From a virus (lineage: Duplodnaviria > Caudoviricetes): a stretch of DNA of 64,000 bases. The translations under genes and the position numbers were made by a program. The notes beneath the pieces were generated by a model, which was given only the letters and a program-made list of their open reading frames with translations, was not told where the DNA came from and did not search any database. The DNA is taken from IMG/VR virus record IMGVR_UViG_3300014205_000228, positions 1,734 to 65,733 of that record, one strand, 5' to 3'. Of the stretch, positions 13,879 through 23,632 are shown one piece after another. Every line of letters starts with the position of its first letter. The first letter of the stretch is position 1.

Positions 13879-16244
13879 TGATTTGCCGTACTGTAGGTCC
13901 GCCTAATGCAAAAATAATGTTAGTTGGGGAGGCCCCAGGAGCTGAAGAGGAACTTCAGGGTGTTCCTTTTATAGGAGCAGCTGGAAAGACGCTAGACATG
14001 GTACTGAGTCAAGCAGGTATTACTCGGTATGAATGCCTGGTCACCAATGTAGCCAGAGAGCGGCCTCCCGCAAATAAGATTTCATTCTTCTTTGAAGATA
14101 AGAAATGTACTATACCCAAACCTAAATTGAAGGAATGGATACAACAACTTAAAACAGAAATAGAGTTTAACAAACCTAACGTAGTAGTTGCGCTTGGAAA
14201 CACTGCACTTTGGGCCTTGACCGGAGAGAAGAAGATCTCTGAATTTAGAGGATATATTCTTCCGTGCTCGCTTGCAGAAGGATTTAAAGTCATTGCGACT
14301 TATCATCCTATGGCGCTGAATCATGAATGGAAACTTCTCTTTCCAACGGTAATGGACCTTAGGAAAGCCAAAAGGCACTCGGAGTTTTCAACAATTCCTG
14401 ATGACAATAGGATACTGATTGCTGACATCAGTCCTGCTAAGTTTATTGATTACTGTTATGAAGTAGCTGATGACAACAATATAGACTACATCTCTGCTGA
14501 TATCGAAACCTTACAACCCGGCACTCACATAGATATTCTTGGTGTTGCACACAGTTCTGACTTTGGAGTTAGTGTTAGAATAATCAATGGTAGAACTCCG
14601 ACAATGCCTGAGAGGGATGAAGAAAAACTATGGAGTGCCTTTAATTATTTAGTCCAGAAAAAACCAGTCGTTATGCAGAATGGTGCTTATGACAAGGGTG
14701 TTCTGTGGTATAACAATCATATCTTCATTAAGAATCATTTCTTTGATACACTGATTGCAGCTCATGCTTGCTGGCCGGAGTGTCCAAGGGATCTTGGATT
14801 TCTTGCTTCGCTTTGCCTAGATGTTGCTCCGTGGAAAGGTGAAGCTAAGGATAACAGATCTTTATACAATGCTGGCGATGTGTGCAACACTCACGCTCTT
14901 GTTCCTGTCTTACAGAAAGAGATGGAAAAACTCGGAGTAAGAAATACTTTCGATTTTGAGATGTCTTTGATTGAACTTTCTGTTATGATGCAACTTCAAG
15001 GAATGAGGATTGATAAGAATAAACAGCAAGAGTTAAAGGCAACGGCAACAACAAATGCAGCAGAAGCGAAATTAAAGTTAAACACACTGGTTGGTAAGGA
15101 GATCAACTATAACAGCCCAAAGCAGTTACAACAACTTCTTTACATAGACTTGGGTCTTCCAATTCAGTACAAGAAAAGGAAATCAGTTAACGATCCAAGA
15201 GTAGTATCTGCTGATGCTGTAGCTTTAAAGAAGATTTCTATTATCGAACCTGATAATCCTATCTTCAATATGATCTTAGAGTATAAGAAATGGAGTAAAC
15301 TTAAATCTTCATTCTTGAGTATTGAGCTGTCTCCAGAAGATACTGTACATACCAGTTACAATATTACAGGAAGTTCAACAGATGAAGAAGGAAGAAAGTC
15401 TTTCGGCAGATGGAGTTCTTCAAAGTCTATTATACTACCCTATGGAAGTGGAAATCTTCAGAATATTCCTGCGATAGCAAGGAAAATGTACGGAATTGAA
15501 GATGATGAGACAATGATTCAGGGTGACTATGTTCAAGCTGAAGCTGTTGCTGTATCATACCTTACTGGAAATAATAGACTTAAGAGAATGTTTAAAGAAT
15601 CCTATGGGTTAGTAGGAGAAGCAAGAAAACCTTATGATATTCACAGGATAACAGCTAGTGAGATGTTTGGTATTCCCTTTGCTAATATTACTGATAAACA
15701 AAGGAAAGTTGGAAAAACCATCAGACATGCCTCGAATTATGCTGCTGGACCAGCAGTTCTAGCAGTTCGTCTTGGTATTAAGATGAAGGAAGCCAAGCAG
15801 TTAATGGAGCTCTACCATAGAGCCGATCCTCTTCTTAGAGTTTGGTATCAGAGGATTCAAGCAGAGCTAAGAGAGAGTAGAACATTAACCAACCTCCTTG
15901 GAAGGAAGCATAGATTTCTTGGACGGTGGGGAGATGATCTGTTTAGAAGTGCTTATTCATTCAAACCACAATCAACAGTAGGTGATCTTCTCAATACAGC
16001 AATGCTTGATTTCTATAATAAGTATGGAAGTCAGTATAGATTGCTTATGCAACTTCATGACGCTATGTACGTTGCATGTAAGAAGGGACAGGAAGAAGAG
16101 TGTTCACAAAGAATGATTGAGTGTATGCGAATTCCTTTGAAGATAAATGACGAAACCTTCATTATTGATACTGATTTTAAGATAGGTCAAACATGGGGAG
16201 AGATGGAAGATTGGATTCCGTCATGGCGAATTAAAAATTTATAA
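13878..16244 (+). CDS. polA: family A DNA polymerase with N-terminal uracil-DNA-glycosylase-like domain and 3'-5' exonuclease
   Basis: UDG GEAPG..E...G.PFIG.AG, RPPAN, YHP; exo DIET/NGAYD/YNAGD; pol GRWSS, NLQNIP, DYVQAE, RKVGKTIRHASNY, QLHD. Confidence 0.93.
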   Translation: MICRTVGPPNAKIMLVGEAPGAEEELQGVPFIGAAGKTLDMVLSQAGITRYECLVTNVARERPPANKISFFFEDKKCTIPKPKLKEWIQQLKTEIEFNKPNVVVALGNTALWALTGEKKISEFRGYILPCSLAEGFKVIATYHPMALNHEWKLLFPTVMDLRKAKRHSEFSTIPDDNRILIADISPAKFIDYCYEVADDNNIDYISADIETLQPGTHIDILGVAHSSDFGVSVRIINGRTPTMPERDEEKLWSAFNYLVQKKPVVMQNGAYDKGVLWYNNHIFIKNHFFDTLIAAHACWPECPRDLGFLASLCLDVAPWKGEAKDNRSLYNAGDVCNTHALVPVLQKEMEKLGVRNTFDFEMSLIELSVMMQLQGMRIDKNKQQELKATATTNAAEAKLKLNTLVGKEINYNSPKQLQQLLYIDLGLPIQYKKRKSVNDPRVVSADAVALKKISIIEPDNPIFNMILEYKKWSKLKSSFLSIELSPEDTVHTSYNITGSSTDEEGRKSFGRWSSSKSIILPYGSGNLQNIPAIARKMYGIEDDETMIQGDYVQAEAVAVSYLTGNNRLKRMFKESYGLVGEARKPYDIHRITASEMFGIPFANITDKQRKVGKTIRHASNYAAGPAVLAVRLGIKMKEAKQLMELYHRADPLLRVWYQRIQAELRESRTLTNLLGRKHRFLGRWGDDLFRSAYSFKPQSTVGDLLNTAMLDFYNKYGSQYRLLMQLHDAMYVACKKGQEEECSQRMIECMRIPLKINDETFIIDTDFKIGQTWGEMEDWIPSWRIKNL

Positions 16245-16261
16245 TAACTAACAGTTTCAAG

Positions 16262-16738
16262 GTGAGTAATATGAAAGAAATAGCAACAAACATAAAAAAC
16301 CGTGTAGTTCTTGTTGATGACGAGGATTTTGAGTATTTGAATCAGTTTAATTGGTATGTTAACAAAACTGATTATACGTGGTACGCTTATAGATGGAATA
16401 AAACAAAACATCTGGCTATGCACAGAGAAATAATGCGAACTCCTGATGAAATGGAAGTAGACCATAAAAACGGTAAAGGTTATGATAACCAAAAAAGTAA
16501 TATGCGTAACTGTACAAGAAGTCAGAATAGTATGAATAAGGTATCACCCACAAATCACAGTAAAGGCGTATGCTACGACAAACACAGAGGATCACCGAAA
16601 AAATACAAAGCGCAAATCAAAAAAGATGGTATTCATTACAACTTAGGATACTTTCTAACTGAAATAGAAGCTGCTATTACTTACAATAACGCAGCAACCG
16701 AACTGTTTGGTGAGTTTGCACTTCTCAATAATGTATAA
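16262..16738 (+). CDS. HNH homing endonuclease with AP2 DNA-binding domain
   Basis: MHREIM...VDHKNG...DNQKSNMR; KGV...Y.AQI..G...LGYF..EIEAA..YN.AA..LFGEFA. Confidence 0.9.
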   Translation: MSNMKEIATNIKNRVVLVDDEDFEYLNQFNWYVNKTDYTWYAYRWNKTKHLAMHREIMRTPDEMEVDHKNGKGYDNQKSNMRNCTRSQNSMNKVSPTNHSKGVCYDKHRGSPKKYKAQIKKDGIHYNLGYFLTEIEAAITYNNAATELFGEFALLNNV

Positions 16739-16751
16739 CGAGGAGAGAATT

Positions 16752-17225
16752 ATGACTTACATCTATATAACAACAAGTTATCAGAAGAGCCGAGTCTTAA
16801 TGCAACAAATTCGAGAAAAGATTGCAATAGAAGTTCCTTATAATTCTATCTATGCAGTAGTGAGTAACGCAAATAGGATAGATATAAGACAAGATATAAA
16901 TGGTAAGGGTTTTGTTACAATAAGATCTTACATCGTGCTTATCATTCCTGTTATAGTAAACTTCGAAGCATTAACAGGTTTTAGTGGAGACGTTTATTTT
17001 AACTGCGATGACTTAATAAGTGAACTTAACTGCGCTATAAAGAAATTACGTAGCATAGAGGGCCAGCATATCGGGAGAGAAAGTAATGCGACATTTGGAC
17101 AACTGGCTAGAAGCCTATATGATATATCAGACGAACACGGAACCGGCTCGGATATTCGACAAGTGGGCAGCGTACTCAGTACTGGCCTCAGCCCTGAGGA
17201 AGAAAGCGCATCTGTCCCTTGGTAG
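16752..17225 (+). CDS. hypothetical protein
   Basis: GAGGAG RBS before ATG 16752; 3' end overlaps next gene by about 140 nt. Confidence 0.45.
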   Translation: MTYIYITTSYQKSRVLMQQIREKIAIEVPYNSIYAVVSNANRIDIRQDINGKGFVTIRSYIVLIIPVIVNFEALTGFSGDVYFNCDDLISELNCAIKKLRSIEGQHIGRESNATFGQLARSLYDISDEHGTGSDIRQVGSVLSTGLSPEEESASVPW

Positions 17226-18330
17226 GATTAAGATCTTTCCCAATATCTACGTTGTGTTTGTAGCCGAACCAGGAATAGCAAGAAAGAGCCAAGCAATCAG
17301 TTATGCAATGCAAATGTTAGCGCAGATACCTGAGATAGTAACAAGTGCAGATGCTTCGACAAAAGAAGCCATGCTTCAAGACTTAGAATCAGGAGCTACT
17401 GATGAATTAATGCCTGATGGTTCTACGTTTAAGCATAGCTCCTTATGTATCTTCTCAAAAGAATTTGAGTCTTTTCTTGGGCAGAAGAAGGAAAACACAA
17501 AGATGTTAGTTCTTCTAACAGATCTTTTTGATTGCCAGGAGCTTCCATGGAAATATCGCACGAAAAATTCAGGCTCCAATATTGTTCCATCTGTATTTAT
17601 CAATTTATTAGCGGCAACAACACCGGACTCCCTTGCCAGCTCTCTACCCCCGACAGCTGTTGGAGGTGGCTTAACTTCAAGAATAATGTTTATTTGGGCA
17701 GACAGGAAAAAGAAAAAAGTACCAAGACCGATTGAGACAGAGGAAGAAAAAATACTTAAGGACAAGTTAATAAAGGATCTGTTTGTTATCAGTAGAATAT
17801 CAGGACAGTATACAATGTCTCCTGATTGCATCAAAAAGTGGGATGACTGGTATAATGAATATGAAGAAACAAACCCAGATAGAGTATGTAAAGATCCTTC
17901 TTTTAATGGGTGGTACTCAAGAAAACCTATGTATGTATTAAAGTTGTCTATGCTAATAGCCGCATCTACATCTGATAGTTTAGCAGTAGAGTGGAAACAT
18001 TTACAAAGTGCTATTGATGACATTGAAGAAGCTGAAATACAAATGGGAAACGCTTTTAAAGCAATAGGAAAATCAGTTGTTACTAGTGAGACTGATTCAG
18101 TTTTGCAAATAATAAGAGCAAGAAAGACTATTGATGAGAAAAGTCTATTATCGTTAGTATGGAGAGACATTGACAACAATAAGTTTAATAACGTAATAGA
18201 AACTGCAGTTCGTGCTGGTAAGGTAAGACGAGCATTTAAAGGACCTCGTGGTGAGTCTGGTATCTGGTATCACTGGGATGCAACATTAAGATCCGGTCAA
18301 TATTTGGACGATACTGGGGGTCACGGATGA
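17086..18330 (+). CDS. DUF3987-like P-loop ATPase, probable replication helicase
   Basis: PNIYVVFVAEPGIARKS, KEF, LTDLFD, GGGLTSR; position after polA. Confidence 0.7.
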   Translation: MRHLDNWLEAYMIYQTNTEPARIFDKWAAYSVLASALRKKAHLSLGRIKIFPNIYVVFVAEPGIARKSQAISYAMQMLAQIPEIVTSADASTKEAMLQDLESGATDELMPDGSTFKHSSLCIFSKEFESFLGQKKENTKMLVLLTDLFDCQELPWKYRTKNSGSNIVPSVFINLLAATTPDSLASSLPPTAVGGGLTSRIMFIWADRKKKKVPRPIETEEEKILKDKLIKDLFVISRISGQYTMSPDCIKKWDDWYNEYEETNPDRVCKDPSFNGWYSRKPMYVLKLSMLIAASTSDSLAVEWKHLQSAIDDIEEAEIQMGNAFKAIGKSVVTSETDSVLQIIRARKTIDEKSLLSLVWRDIDNNKFNNVIETAVRAGKVRRAFKGPRGESGIWYHWDATLRSGQYLDDTGGHG

Positions 18331-18602
18331 TAAATCCTGTTATTATTTTAAGAGACCAAAAACCAAAGATACGCATGGCGATAGAAGGTAGACTTGCCAC
18401 TGTGATGTGGGCAAGAAAGATATATGATGACATCTATGAGGTATCTTTTGAGTTTGATGAAAAAGGGTATCAGTTATGGTTTGCTCAGATGTCAGCAACA
18501 GAAGGCATTATACCTATTTGTTGTTCGATGTATCAGTCATTAGCAACAATGGCTATAAGACACAAAGAAGAAGAATTAAACTCCTCTGCTCTTAATGTGT
18601 AG
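18327..18602 (+). CDS. hypothetical protein
   Basis: Coupled ORF. Confidence 0.55.
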   Translation: MINPVIILRDQKPKIRMAIEGRLATVMWARKIYDDIYEVSFEFDEKGYQLWFAQMSATEGIIPICCSMYQSLATMAIRHKEEELNSSALNV

Positions 18603-18705
18603 TATGATAGTGGTAATTAGTAGCTTCGAGAATTCAAGATAGCCACTCGTATCAGTCTACTGCGGTGAGTGCATACGAGCAGAGGATTTAATAAGGAGGA
18701 AGGAA

Positions 18706-19416
18706 ATGAACACAGCGTGTAAGCTCGAAACAGTAGCGGCATGGATAGACAGTAAATATCCCAACGATCTAGACCCGGAGGTGCAAAACGACCTCAGAAG
18801 TACTGCAGATGAGTTGAGAAGGAAGGATGTAGAGATCGACGCCCTCAAACAGACAATAGCAGATATGGAGGAGGAACTCCATAAATGCAACGTGCTTGAG
18901 GCTGCGATTACAAAGGAATGCAACGCCTTCAAGGAGAAAATTCGGAAACTGGAAGCAGAGGATATAAGCAATGGAGGAGAGGTATGTAAATATAAAACTT
19001 TGTATGATGCGACGCTTACCAGAGTTATTAAACTGGAAGCCGAAGTTTCCTACATGGACGCCCTGACCAACGCCAAGATAGAAGCAGAAACTAAGTGGAT
19101 CGAGTATGAAACCGAGAACAAACATCTTAAAGAGCGAGTGCTGGAGTTAGAAGAACGCCGCTCAGAAACGGTTGCTATGTGCGAGCAGTTGTTAGCCGAG
19201 AACCAGCGTCTTCGGGAAAATGTAGAAACATGGAAAGCAACGGCAAGGCACGAAGCTGATGGTCTTGAAAGCTGGAAAGATGAGGCTATACGCCTTCGGG
19301 GAGCGTTGGAGAAGATAGCAACGCACGGAATCTACTGTTCTGATACCAATGAGTTAGATTCTTGCGATGTTATGCAGGAAATCGCCCGTGAAGCACTTGG
19401 GCAGAAGAAGGAATAA
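18706..19416 (+). CDS. coiled-coil hypothetical protein
   Basis: Heptad-rich; GGAGG RBS. Confidence 0.7.
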   Translation: MNTACKLETVAAWIDSKYPNDLDPEVQNDLRSTADELRRKDVEIDALKQTIADMEEELHKCNVLEAAITKECNAFKEKIRKLEAEDISNGGEVCKYKTLYDATLTRVIKLEAEVSYMDALTNAKIEAETKWIEYETENKHLKERVLELEERRSETVAMCEQLLAENQRLRENVETWKATARHEADGLESWKDEAIRLRGALEKIATHGIYCSDTNELDSCDVMQEIAREALGQKKE

Positions 19417-19417
19417 G

Positions 19418-19555
19418 ATGAATAAAAAAGAGGATTGGTGTTTCTGCTCTGCCTGGAAAGAAGGATATCATTTATGTAATGGTGATTCTCCGCTGTTGAA
19501 TTTCTGTCCTTATTGTGGAAGTAAATTACAGAAGGAGGGTATCAATGAATCCTGA
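19418..19555 (+). CDS. small zinc-ribbon protein
   Basis: NFCPYCG motif; start moved to ATG 19418. Confidence 0.5.
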   Translation: MNKKEDWCFCSAWKEGYHLCNGDSPLLNFCPYCGSKLQKEGINES

Positions 19556-19907
19556 TAACTACGGCACCCTTGAACCCTGCCAAGCACTTGTGAAAGCGGG
19601 GATCGTGATGGAGACGGAGAAAACGTGGTATTTCTTTAGTGGTGACATGAAATACGCTTTACGTGAAACAGGGGATTGTAGATGGACAGGTATTCCCGCC
19701 CCTTCAATGGCTGAGGTGTTAGATCATTTGAAAAGCAACGATCTTTTCGATGATGCGATGATGAAGCACTTTACGTCCTTGCAGTTAATGAAGTTGGGAC
19801 AACCTGTTCATGTGGAATATATTCTAAAAGACTTGGCAGATTTAACCACCGATGCCCTGATTTATCTTCGCATCTGGTTGGAGGAGAGGAAAGGAGAGAA
19901 GGGATGA
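19545..19907 (+). CDS. phage hypothetical protein
   Basis: GGAGG RBS before ATG 19545; IPAPSMAEV motif. Confidence 0.6.
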   Translation: MNPDNYGTLEPCQALVKAGIVMETEKTWYFFSGDMKYALRETGDCRWTGIPAPSMAEVLDHLKSNDLFDDAMMKHFTSLQLMKLGQPVHVEYILKDLADLTTDALIYLRIWLEERKGEKG

Positions 19908-20031
19908 AAACAAAAGACTTTGAAATCATCTGCCAATGCGGGAGTGAAAACGTTGTGCTGAGTGAATGGTACAAAGGTGGCGATGGTGGCATAAGGCTTA
20001 CTTGTAAGACCTGCGGCAATAAGGAGGACAT

Positions 20032-20403
20032 ATGAACCCTGAATTACTGAAATACTACATAGCTCTGCAACCTTTCTTTCGGGAGAGGATGGGGGAGTGG
20101 AGAGCTGGAGACCGTTATACATTTCTACACAGCAAAGAAATATTGCTCGTAGGGACACGCCACTTTCACTCCCATGCGTGTGGCGAGGCTATCTGGCTTC
20201 CCCGCACCATAGACGACTCCAACCCGGAGGCTCAGAAGAGGAGTCTGGTCGGTATGTTAGAAGATGATTACGTTTTAAGTGAATCACGTTTTGAAGATGG
20301 AAATATATGTACATGCACAATAGATTGTAAGATATTTGAAGGTGCAACCCCCACCGAGGCGATCCTTCGGGCCTTGTGTGCACAGTGGGAGGTGGAGATA
20401 TGA
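20032..20403 (+). CDS. phage hypothetical protein
   Basis: GGAGG RBS; TPTEAILRAL C-terminal motif. Confidence 0.65.
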   Translation: MNPELLKYYIALQPFFRERMGEWRAGDRYTFLHSKEILLVGTRHFHSHACGEAIWLPRTIDDSNPEAQKRSLVGMLEDDYVLSESRFEDGNICTCTIDCKIFEGATPTEAILRALCAQWEVEI

Positions 20404-20607
20404 GATGGTATAAGTTTTGGAGCACAAATAGCGGAGCAATTGGGGCTGTTATTCTCGGAGCTTTAATTGGCTCCATCATTTCGATATTTATAGTATTGAA
20501 AGTCAAGGGGTATTTATGAACGAACTGACTGCCGGAACCATTATAGTTGTTATGAACATAGTTGCTGTAGTTGTTATAATTTACATAGTGTTAAAGGAGA
20601 CTAGATT

Positions 20608-20913
20608 ATGAAACCACCAACCGACGATCAGAGAAAGCGGTTGACTGAATACTGCCCTCAAGTAGAACTCATACTGGCCGAAGAATACAGACTTTACCCT
20701 GAAGAGCAAAATATTCTTATCTTTGCGGCTCTGAAAGATAAGTTGGTCGAGAATGGGGAGTGGGAGGATTTCTTCGAGTATGCGTATAGGGTGTTTGAGC
20801 CTTCTATGATGGTACTCGCTCCCGAATATGATGCAACATATTCCAGCTGGCTCTTCCGCCTCGAATCCTGTGGTCTGGTGGCGGAGTATCTGGAACAGAA
20901 GGAGGGGAAGTGA
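20608..20913 (+). CDS. hypothetical protein
   Basis: AGGAG RBS. Confidence 0.6.
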   Translation: MKPPTDDQRKRLTEYCPQVELILAEEYRLYPEEQNILIFAALKDKLVENGEWEDFFEYAYRVFEPSMMVLAPEYDATYSSWLFRLESCGLVAEYLEQKEGK

Positions 20914-20914
20914 T

Positions 20915-21142
20915 ATGATTAAAAATAGTGATTCTGTGGATTTCAGGAATGGGCTTACGTCTGGAATACTGTTATCTGCGGTTATCTTAGTAGAAGGATA
21001 CAATACGGGAGCGGCAGAGCAGTTAATAGAGGAAACCGGATTGTCATGGCCCGATTTGGACACTGTAAATATGGAAGCTAATGACAAAAAAGTACTATCT
21101 GGAATAAAAGAATTTTTCAAAAAGGAGGTTGCGGAAACATGA
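20915..21142 (+). CDS. hypothetical protein
   Basis: GGAGG RBS before ATG 20915. Confidence 0.55.
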   Translation: MIKNSDSVDFRNGLTSGILLSAVILVEGYNTGAAEQLIEETGLSWPDLDTVNMEANDKKVLSGIKEFFKKEVAET

Positions 21143-21744
21143 CCACTAACCCAACAGTAGAGCAGCCCCTTAAAGACGGAGAACCTTGCGCGCATAAAGG
21201 GTGTCTGAACCATATATCTCACCCTTGCGAGGGATGTGGAAGGATAAGAGGTACGCGTATGCCAACAGTAGAGCAGACGAACAGCAAAATAAGAATATCA
21301 GACCTGTCAGATGACGAAATGAAAAGGCTACGAATTGTTACCACCGAACAGATGAACAGGGAGGTAGCGGAGTGGCTTGGGATTTGCTGGCATGAGTGGC
21401 ATGTTGATAGATACTGGAAAGACCGAGGAGCAAAAGTATTTTACTGCAAATGCGGCGCTTCTTACGAAAATGAAGTACCTAAGCCAATTAATCCTGACTT
21501 TTCTCAAGGTGCAGGAATAATCAGACTGCTGGAGAAGATACTACGTACCGAAGATGGTATGCAACTTGTCATGACACTAATTGGGCAATTTGTTGCGCCT
21601 GGATATATTTCAGAACTTGCCTGCCAAGGATACTGTGTAATATTCTTAGAAAACTACATCACCACTCCCAGCAAACTCTTACAGGCCGTATGGGAGTGGT
21701 CAAAGTGGCATCCGAAATGTTTCCAATTAAATGAAATTACTTAA
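21139..21744 (+). CDS. hypothetical protein with Cys/His N-terminal module
   Basis: DGEPCAHKGCLNHISHPCEGCGR; last + strand gene, overlaps holin stop. Confidence 0.65.
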   Translation: MTTNPTVEQPLKDGEPCAHKGCLNHISHPCEGCGRIRGTRMPTVEQTNSKIRISDLSDDEMKRLRIVTTEQMNREVAEWLGICWHEWHVDRYWKDRGAKVFYCKCGASYENEVPKPINPDFSQGAGIIRLLEKILRTEDGMQLVMTLIGQFVAPGYISELACQGYCVIFLENYITTPSKLLQAVWEWSKWHPKCFQLNEIT

Positions 21745-22291
21745 TCGGCTCTGCCTTTGCAAGTAAATCTGTCTTAGTCTGACTTCCCTTACTGCTTCCA
21801 AAATAATAGGCTAATACCTGTTCGCATTTCGCACTAAGATAACCAACAAGGGTTCCAGCAAGAACACTATCCACCTTAGCATAACCAAGTAGAGTAGCCC
21901 CTACCATTGCAAGGAACCCTCCCACTATTGAGTAAGCAAGAATCTGATTTACGTTGTCCTTAACAGATTTTTCTCGTTCCCTTGCGCTTTGAATATCCTG
22001 CAGCTGAACGGTAAGTTCTTCTATGTCCTGTTCACGCATTTTCACCTTGAAATCGTTTTCAGCTATCATAGCTTTTAGTCTGATTTCCGGGTCTGCGGAT
22101 ATAACAGCCAAGACCTCTTCCGGTTTTGCATTAGAACCAAGGCCGAAGGCTTTACCTAAAGCGCCAACAGCCCCTACTGCCGCTGCTATAGGTGCTCCTA
22201 TACCTGTGGCTGCCAACACTGTAGCTATACCAGGGGCAAAGTCAACAACTGCATCGCCTATCTTTTGAAATACATTTCGTTCCTCAGCCAT
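21737..22291 (-). CDS. holin (3TM-type)
   Basis: DIQSARERE, hydrophobic segments, YYFGSSKGS; next to lysozyme. Confidence 0.8.
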   Translation of the reverse strand: MAEERNVFQKIGDAVVDFAPGIATVLAATGIGAPIAAAVGAVGALGKAFGLGSNAKPEEVLAVISADPEIRLKAMIAENDFKVKMREQDIEELTVQLQDIQSAREREKSVKDNVNQILAYSIVGGFLAMVGATLLGYAKVDSVLAGTLVGYLSAKCEQVLAYYFGSSKGSQTKTDLLAKAEPIK

Positions 22292-22735
22292 TTAACCCTC
22301 CTTAATCATCAGTACGATTTCCGCACCTCGCTTGCCTACTTGTTTGTACCATCGACTATTCGTCATTCCTTTTGCAGCATCGACCCACCTACCTTCGTTG
22401 ATAGCCCGATTGGTAACTTGAAACTTTTGGGCTGTCCCTTCTCCAATATTAAAGATCCAGTCAATAAGTGCGTTCTGTCTTTGTTCAGAAAATCCATCAA
22501 AGCTAGGATACAATCGTTTGCAAGATCCCAAGGCCACAGCAATGTCGGAATCCAAAAGTCTGTCAACCATCTCTGGCGTGATCTTTCCGTGTTCCTCAAG
22601 GTATTCTCGTATATCTTTAGGTAGTGGGTTTGCATCATAATTGTGTCCTACTCCTATTGTATTGAACCCAGATGGGCACTTATAAGGTTTCAGTTTCAGC
22701 CCCTCATGAATAGTAAGCATTTCCTTGAGAGACAT
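22292..22735 (-). CDS. endolysin, T4-like lysozyme (GH24)
   Basis: HEGLKLKPYKCPSGFNTIGVGH, SRWYKQVGKRG. Confidence 0.9.
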   Translation of the reverse strand: MSLKEMLTIHEGLKLKPYKCPSGFNTIGVGHNYDANPLPKDIREYLEEHGKITPEMVDRLLDSDIAVALGSCKRLYPSFDGFSEQRQNALIDWIFNIGEGTAQKFQVTNRAINEGRWVDAAKGMTNSRWYKQVGKRGAEIVLMIKEG

Positions 22736-23163
22736 TAGTGTGATCCTCCATTTCGAATAGCACGAAACTCTTCCCTTATCTCTTTATGAACATCATTACA
22801 GTGGTTCCATGTGACCCGATCAGTCTGTGCTTCGGCTATCTCTTCTACCCTCTCCTTAATCCTGCACAGTGTCTCGGAGAAGGATTGATATCTCTCCTTA
22901 ATGGCGACTTGCCGCTCCAGATCTCTCTGATCGAGGAGGGTTTTAATCTCGTCATCCTTCTTGTCCCGTGCTGAGAATAGCCTCTTGATGGCAAAAAACA
23001 GGATGAATAGACCGATTGGTACTATAATAGCCGTGAGAAATAAATTCCAGGTAATCAATGGTTCCTGCACGACAACGGGGGTAGACACCGTTGCTCCGAC
23101 CATTATAGCCAGGAAACCAAATGTAAGAACACCAACTACTACTGATCCTTCTTTTCTAACCAT
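22735..23163 (-). CDS. membrane protein (lysis-associated?)
   Basis: Two hydrophobic segments plus coiled tail, coupled to lysozyme. Confidence 0.6.
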   Translation of the reverse strand: MVRKEGSVVVGVLTFGFLAIMVGATVSTPVVVQEPLITWNLFLTAIIVPIGLFILFFAIKRLFSARDKKDDEIKTLLDQRDLERQVAIKERYQSFSETLCRIKERVEEIAEAQTDRVTWNHCNDVHKEIREEFRAIRNGGSH

Positions 23164-23197
23164 GTGCCGACTCCTCAGATTTATTGGTGGAATTGTA

Positions 23198-23632
23198 TTA
23201 CTTTCTTATTCTATTTAAGTATATTAGTGTATCTGGATCTAGGTTATCTTTCTGTTCAACTAGAAATTGATCGACAGTCACATGTCTATATGGTTTAGCT
23301 TCTGGAAAATGCATAGTCCAAGGTCTTACAACTCCGTCATATTCATGAGATGTGAGTGGGGTGTACTTACCTTTTACTGTAGCAATAGCCTGTGCATGAT
23401 CTACATCCTTTACAGCATCTATCTTCGATATAGCTATTTGCACATCATCCCCATATTTCTTTTTCCACATCATAGCATCATATAAGGACTTAGTTACACA
23501 TCCTACTGTTCCTACCATATTAGGAACAGCAACCTGAGTTTTTATATCTTTGCCAAATATATCGTCAAGTAGTCCCATAGTCACCACACATAGAAAAACA
23601 AGAAGCCATTTAAGTATATCGCTACGTATCAT
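23198..23632 (-). CDS. exported/membrane-anchored hypothetical protein
   Basis: N-terminal hydrophobic segment; GCVTKS and DHAQA motifs. Confidence 0.6.
   Translation of the reverse strand: MIRSDILKWLLVFLCVVTMGLLDDIFGKDIKTQVAVPNMVGTVGCVTKSLYDAMMWKKKYGDDVQIAISKIDAVKDVDHAQAIATVKGKYTPLTSHEYDGVVRPWTMHFPEAKPYRHVTVDQFLVEQKDNLDPDTLIYLNRIRK

Noticed and set aside
13585-16244. 2-aminoadenine (Z) or 7-deazaguanine genome pathway
   Set aside because: No PurZ, DatZ, FolE, QueD or DpdA motifs in the window; the SGGIDS protein has the Asn-synthase GDGxDE motif, not the QueC C-terminal cysteines.
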